Of a stretch of 32,000 bases of DNA, positions 28,087 to 32,000 are shown in pieces (the stretch's first letter is position 1; each line of letters starts with the position of its first letter). The stretch comes from Mycoplasmoides pneumoniae FH. Its GTDB lineage: Bacteria > Bacillota_I > Bacilli_A > Mycoplasmatales > Mycoplasmoidaceae. Made by a program: the position numbers and the translations under genes. The stretch is taken from the NCBI RefSeq assembly GCF_001272835.1, contig NZ_CP010546.1, forward strand, positions 150,001-182,000, given 5' to 3'. The notes below the pieces were generated by a model, which saw only the letters and a list, made by a program, of their open reading frames with translations, made no database searches and had not been told where the DNA came from.

Positions 28087-28172
28087 TAAGCAATAACTCC
28101 TTTCTGATTAAAGCGGTTCAAAAAACTACTACTTACAACTCTTTGTCATTGGACTTTTCAAAATTTGATCAT
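28086..28172 (-). CDS. Candidate 28-codon upstream ORF MIKFWKVQWQRVVSSSFLNRFNQKGVIA (diverged copy)
   Basis: AGGAG lies 10 nt before the ATG (plus-strand cat 28170-28172). There are two in-frame TGA codons. The stop again overlaps the DUF16 ATG as TAATG. Confidence 0.3.
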
Positions 28173-28260
28173 TGTTTTAATGCTCCTTACTAACTAAATT
28201 GACCCGCTTCATAAAAACTGCCAACCAAGTTCAAAAAAGTTTTTAAGCTATTTTTGCACC
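28087..28260 (-). repeat. Repeated leader module, copy d (diverged)
   Basis: It shares gtcaatttagttagtaaggagca.., gttgtaagtagtagtt and cagaaaggag with copies a-c. The GATCAG/CTGATC hairpin is absent. Confidence 0.45.
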
Positions 28261-28336
28261 AAAATGGCGTTGTCAGTCAAACTACGACAACAACAGTTGC
28301 TGTTTGATTCTTTAAACTTAAACAGAATTAGCACCA

Positions 28337-29311
28337 ATGAATAGCCAAGTACACCGCAAGGGCTCTATTGCAGAAGCAGTTAGTGCCATCCAAGCTCATG
28401 ATAAGATCGTGATCTTCCACCACATTCGTCCTGATGGCGATTGTTTGGGCGCACAACACGGCTTAGCGCGTTTAATCCAAACTAACTTTCCCCACAAGCA
28501 GGTCTTCTGTGTTGGTGATCCCAAACACAACTTTCCCTGATTGGAGATGGTTTTCACTCCAAAGGAACAGATTACCCCGGAGTTAATGCAACAAGCCTTA
28601 GCCGTTATTGTTGATGCCAACTATAAGGAACGGATTGAGTGCCGGGACTTATTAGACCAAAACCAGTTTAAGGCAGTATTGCGGATTGACCACCACCCCA
28701 ATGAGGACGATCTCAATACGACCCATAACTTCGTTGATGCGTCTTACATTGCCGCGGCTGAACAAGTGGTAGATCTAGCGGTGCAGGCCAAATGGAAGCT
28801 TAGCCCCCCAGCGGCTACGGCGCTGTATTTAGGTATTTATACAGATAGTAATAGGTTTCTATATAGTAATACATCATGAAGAACACTATATCTAGGATCT
28901 ATGCTATATAGAGCTCAAGCTAATATAGCTAAGATCCATGATGAGTTAAACCACACTTCCTTAAAGGACATCCAGTTTAAACAATATGTCTTTAAAAACT
29001 TTCAGACCTTTCAGAATGTTATTTACTTTGTGGCCGATAAGAAGTTCCAAAAGAAATTAAAGGTAACACCCTTAGAATGTGCACGGGTAAATATCCTAGC
29101 TAACATTGAACAATTCCACATTTGGCTGTTCTTTATAGAAGAGGGTAAGAACCACTATCGGGTCGAATTCCGTAGTAACGGAATTAACGTACGCGAAGTA
29201 GCTTTAAAGTATGGTGGCGGGGGTCATATTCAGGCCAGCGGTGCAGTTCTTAAAAGCAAGCGCGACATAATTCGTGTAGTTCAAGATTGCCAAAAGCAAA
29301 TTGCTGTATAA
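28337..29311 (+). CDS. nrnA: DHH/DHHA1 phosphoesterase (NrnA-type nanoRNase/pAp phosphatase); first gene of the P1 operon
   Basis: ORFs 28337.., 28541.. and 28901.. are in frame 2 and joined by TGA codons (324 aa). Motifs: HHIRPDGDCLGA, DHH (RIDHHPN), GGGGH. Confidence 0.85.
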
Positions 29312-29323
29312 TTTTTAACAACT

Positions 29324-32000
29324 ATGCACCAAACCAAAAAAACTGCCTTGTCCAAGTCCACTTGGATTCTCATCCTCACCGCCACCGCCTCCCTCGCGAC
29401 GGGACTCACCGTAGTGGGACACTTCACAAGTACCACCACGACGCTCAAGCGCCAGCAATTTAGCTACACCCGCCCTGACGAGGTCGCGCTGCGCCACACC
29501 AATGCCATCAACCCGCGCTTAACCCCGTGAACGTATCGTAACACGAGCTTTTCCTCCCTCCCCCTCACGGGTGAAAATCCCGGGGCGTGGGCCTTAGTGC
29601 GCGACAACAGCGCTAAGGGCATCACTGCCGGCAGTGGCAGTCAACAAACCACGTATGATCCCACCCGAACCGAAGCGGCTTTGACCGCATCAACCACCTT
29701 TGCGTTACGCCGGTATGACCTCGCCGGGCGCGCCTTATACGACCTCGATTTTTCGAAGTTAAACCCGCAAACGCCCACGCGCGACCAAACCGGGCAGATC
29801 ACCTTTAACCCCTTTGGCGGCTTTGGTTTGAGTGGGGCTGCACCCCAACAGTGAAACGAGGTCAAAAACAAGGTCCCCGTCGAGGTGGCGCAAGACCCCT
29901 CCAATCCTTATCGGTTTGCCGTTTTACTCGTGCCGCGTAGCGTGGTGTACTATGAGCAGTTGCAGCGGGGGTTAGCGCTCCCTAACCAAGGGAGTTCGTC
30001 AGGCTCAGACAGCACTAACCAAACAGGCGCAATGTTTGGCTTGAAGGTGAAGGATGCAACCGTGGATAGTTCGAAGCAATCAACGGAAAGCTTAAAGGGC
30101 GAAGAATCGAGTTCCAGTTCCACCACATCTTCCACCTCCACCACCCAACGTGGGGGTTCGTCAAATGAAAACAAAGTCAAGGCGTTGCAGGTGGCGGTGA
30201 AAAAGAAATCCGGGAGTCAGGGCAACTCCGGTGACCAAGGCACCGAACAGGTGGAACTTGAATCTAATGATTTAGCCAACGCCCCGATTAAACGGGGCTC
30301 CAATAACAACCAGCAAGTCCAACTCAAGGCGGACGATTTTGGTACTGCCCCTTCCAGTTCGGGATCAGGCACCCAAGATGGCACCCCCACCCCCTGAACG
30401 CCGTGGTTAACGACTGAGCAAATTCACAACGACCCCGCCAAATTCGCCGCCTCGATCCTGATTCTGTACGATGCGCCTTATGCGCGCAACCGTACCGCCA
30501 TTGACCGCGTTGATCACTTGGATCCCAAGGCCATGACCGCGAACTATCCGCCCAGTTGAAGAACGCCCAAGTGAAACCACCACGGTTTGTGGGACTGAAA
30601 GGCGCGCGATGTTTTGCTCCAAACCACCGGGTTCTTCAACCCGCGCCGCCACCCCGAGTGGTTTGATGGCGGGCAGACGGTCGCGGATAACGAAAAGACC
30701 GGGTTTGATGTGGATAACTCTGAAAACACCAAGCAGGGCTTTCAAAAGGAAGCTGACTCCGACAAGTCGGCCCCGATCGCCCTCCCGTTTGAAGCGTACT
30801 TCGCCAACATTGGCAACCTCACCTGGTTCGGGCAAGCGCTTTTGGTGTTTGGTGGCAATGGCCATGTTACCAAGTCGGCCCACACCGCGCCTTTGAGTAT
30901 AGGTGTCTTTAGGGTGCGCTATAATGCAACTGGTACCAGTGCTACTGTAACTGGTTGACCATATGCCTTACTGTTCTCAGGCATGGTCAACAAACAAACT
31001 GACGGGTTAAAGAATCTACCCTTTAACAATAACCGCTGGTTTGAATATGTACCACGGATGGCAGTTGCTGGCGCTAAGTTCGTTGGTAGGGAACTCGTTT
31101 TAGCGGGTACCATTACCATGGGTGATACCGCTACCGTACCTCGCTTACTGTACGATGAACTTGAAAGCAACCTGAACTTAGTAGCGCAAGGCCAAGGTCT
31201 TTTACGCGAAGACTTGCAACTCTTCACACCCTACGGATGAGCCAATCGTCCGGATTTACCAATCGGGGCTTGAAGTAGTAGTAGTAGTAGTCACAACGCA
31301 CCCTACTACTTCCACAATAACCCCGATTGACAAGACCGTCCAATCCAAAGTGTGGTTGATGCCTTTATTAAGCCCTGAGAGGACAAGAACGGTAAGGATG
31401 ATGCCAAATACATCTACCCTTACCGTTACAGTGGCATGTGAGCTTGACAGGTATACAACTGGTCCAATAAGCTCACTGACCAACCATTAAGTGCTGACTT
31501 TGTCAATGAGAATGCTTACCAACCAAACTCCTTGTTTGCTGCTATTCTCAATCCGGAATTGTTAGCAGCTCTTCCCGACAAGGTTAAATACGGTAAGGAA
31601 AACGAGTTTGCTGCTAACGAGTACGAGCGCTTTAACCAGAAGTTAACGGTAGCTCCTACCCAAGGAACAAACTGATCCCACTTCTCCCCCACGCTTTCCC
31701 GTTTCTCCACCGGGTTCAACCTTGTGGGGTCGGTGCTCGACCAGGTGTTGGATTATGTGCCCTGGATTGGGAATGGGTACAGGTATGGCAATAACCACCG
31801 GGGCGTGGATGATATAACCGCGCCTCAAACCAGCGCGGGGTCGTCCAGCGGAATTAGTACGAACACAAGTGGTTCGCGTTCCTCTCTCCCGACGTTTTCC
31901 AACATCGGCGTCGGCCTCAAAGCGAATGTCCAAGCCACCCTCGGGGGCAGTCAGACGATGATTACAGGCGGTTCGCCTCGAAGAACCCTCGACCAAGCCA
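29324..32000 (+). CDS. p1: P1 cytadhesin, N-terminal ~892 codons (3' end outside window)
   Basis: ATG lies 12 nt after the upstream stop. All frame-2 track ORFs (29324, 29597, 29885, 30614, 30983 ...) join through many TGA codons. I recognise the sequence ([36 protein letters not shown] ... [10 protein letters not shown] ...) as M. pneumoniae P1. Confidence 0.95.
29360..30483 (+). repeat. RepMP4 segment inside the expressed P1 gene
   Basis: This is the counterpart of 15818-16932 (see that feature). Confidence 0.8.
31274..31291 (+). repeat. (AGT)6 trinucleotide repeat encoding a serine run in P1
   Basis: tga agt agt agt agt agt agt cac, giving W-SSSSSS-H in the P1 frame. Confidence 0.9.
31679..32000 (+). 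repeat. Start of the RepMP2/3 segment inside the expressed P1 gene
   Basis: This is the counterpart of 18091.. and 19335... All three share ..ttctccaccgggttcaacc..gtgttggattatgtgccctggattgggaatgggtacaggtatgg.. Confidence 0.8.

Noticed and set aside
30407-30883. 158-aa minus ORF and several other long ORFs on both strands inside P1 and the RepMP copies (16101..16364, 16322..16582, 18070..18477, 18363..18647, 19719..20030, 30919..31227, 31643..31996)
   Set aside because: The GC-rich P1-like sequence is poor in stop codons in all frames. These ORFs overlap the well-supported P1 or P1-like frame and recur only because the underlying repeat recurs.
1-32000. Search for defence systems, toxin-antitoxin pairs, transposases or integrases, prophage genes, rRNA
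   Set aside because: None of the stitched ORFs shows nuclease/helicase/methylase defence-type architecture, transposase DDE motifs or recombinase motifs. The repeated DNA is explained by the RepMP and DUF16/leader families rather than by IS elements.

Overview
The window reads as a Mollicutes chromosome that uses genetic code 4 (TGA = Trp). Nearly every long gene is cut into pieces by in-frame TGA in the supplied ORF track, and each becomes one coherent protein when TGA is read through. From protein content and synteny I recognise it, from memory and without any search, as the Mycoplasma pneumoniae region running into the P1 adhesin operon, roughly MPN114 to MPN141 in strain M129. Layout: (1) 1-14060 is a housekeeping block: acyltransferase 3' end, infC-rpmI-rplT, an RNase HIII-type gene, the DnaJ-like terminal-organelle protein TopJ, grpE, a small ORF, tRNA-Thr, parE-parC, hrcA, uvrC and a YfcE-like phosphoesterase. 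(2) 14060-21600 is an accessory mosaic. It holds a DUF16/UPF0134 coiled-coil gene with 21-bp tandem repeats, two repeated leader modules each followed by a small ORF, one RepMP4 copy and two RepMP2/3 copies (silent P1-like cassettes carrying frameshifts or stops), and a polytopic membrane gene split at poly-T tracts. (3) 21603-26366 holds a lipoprotein nuclease and a UgpC/A/E-like ABC transporter with no binding-protein gene, followed by an untracked 52-codon membrane ORF. (4) 26783-28260 holds two more DUF16 genes on the minus strand with the same leader module. (5) 28337-32000 is the P1 operon start: a DHH/DHHA1 phosphoesterase and the first ~892 codons of P1. I see no CRISPR array, IS element or transposase, prophage, or recognisable defence or toxin system. 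The most novel-looking signal is a repeated leader present in four copies plus one decayed copy. It carries a strong Shine-Dalgarno sequence and a short upstream ORF. That uORF is exactly 38 codons in three copies and 28 in the fourth, and it ends on or next to the start codon of the downstream gene, as TAATG in two copies. Most other observations are consistent with known M. pneumoniae biology, namely RepMP recombination donors and DUF16 family variation. All homology calls are by eye or from memory and need computational confirmation.
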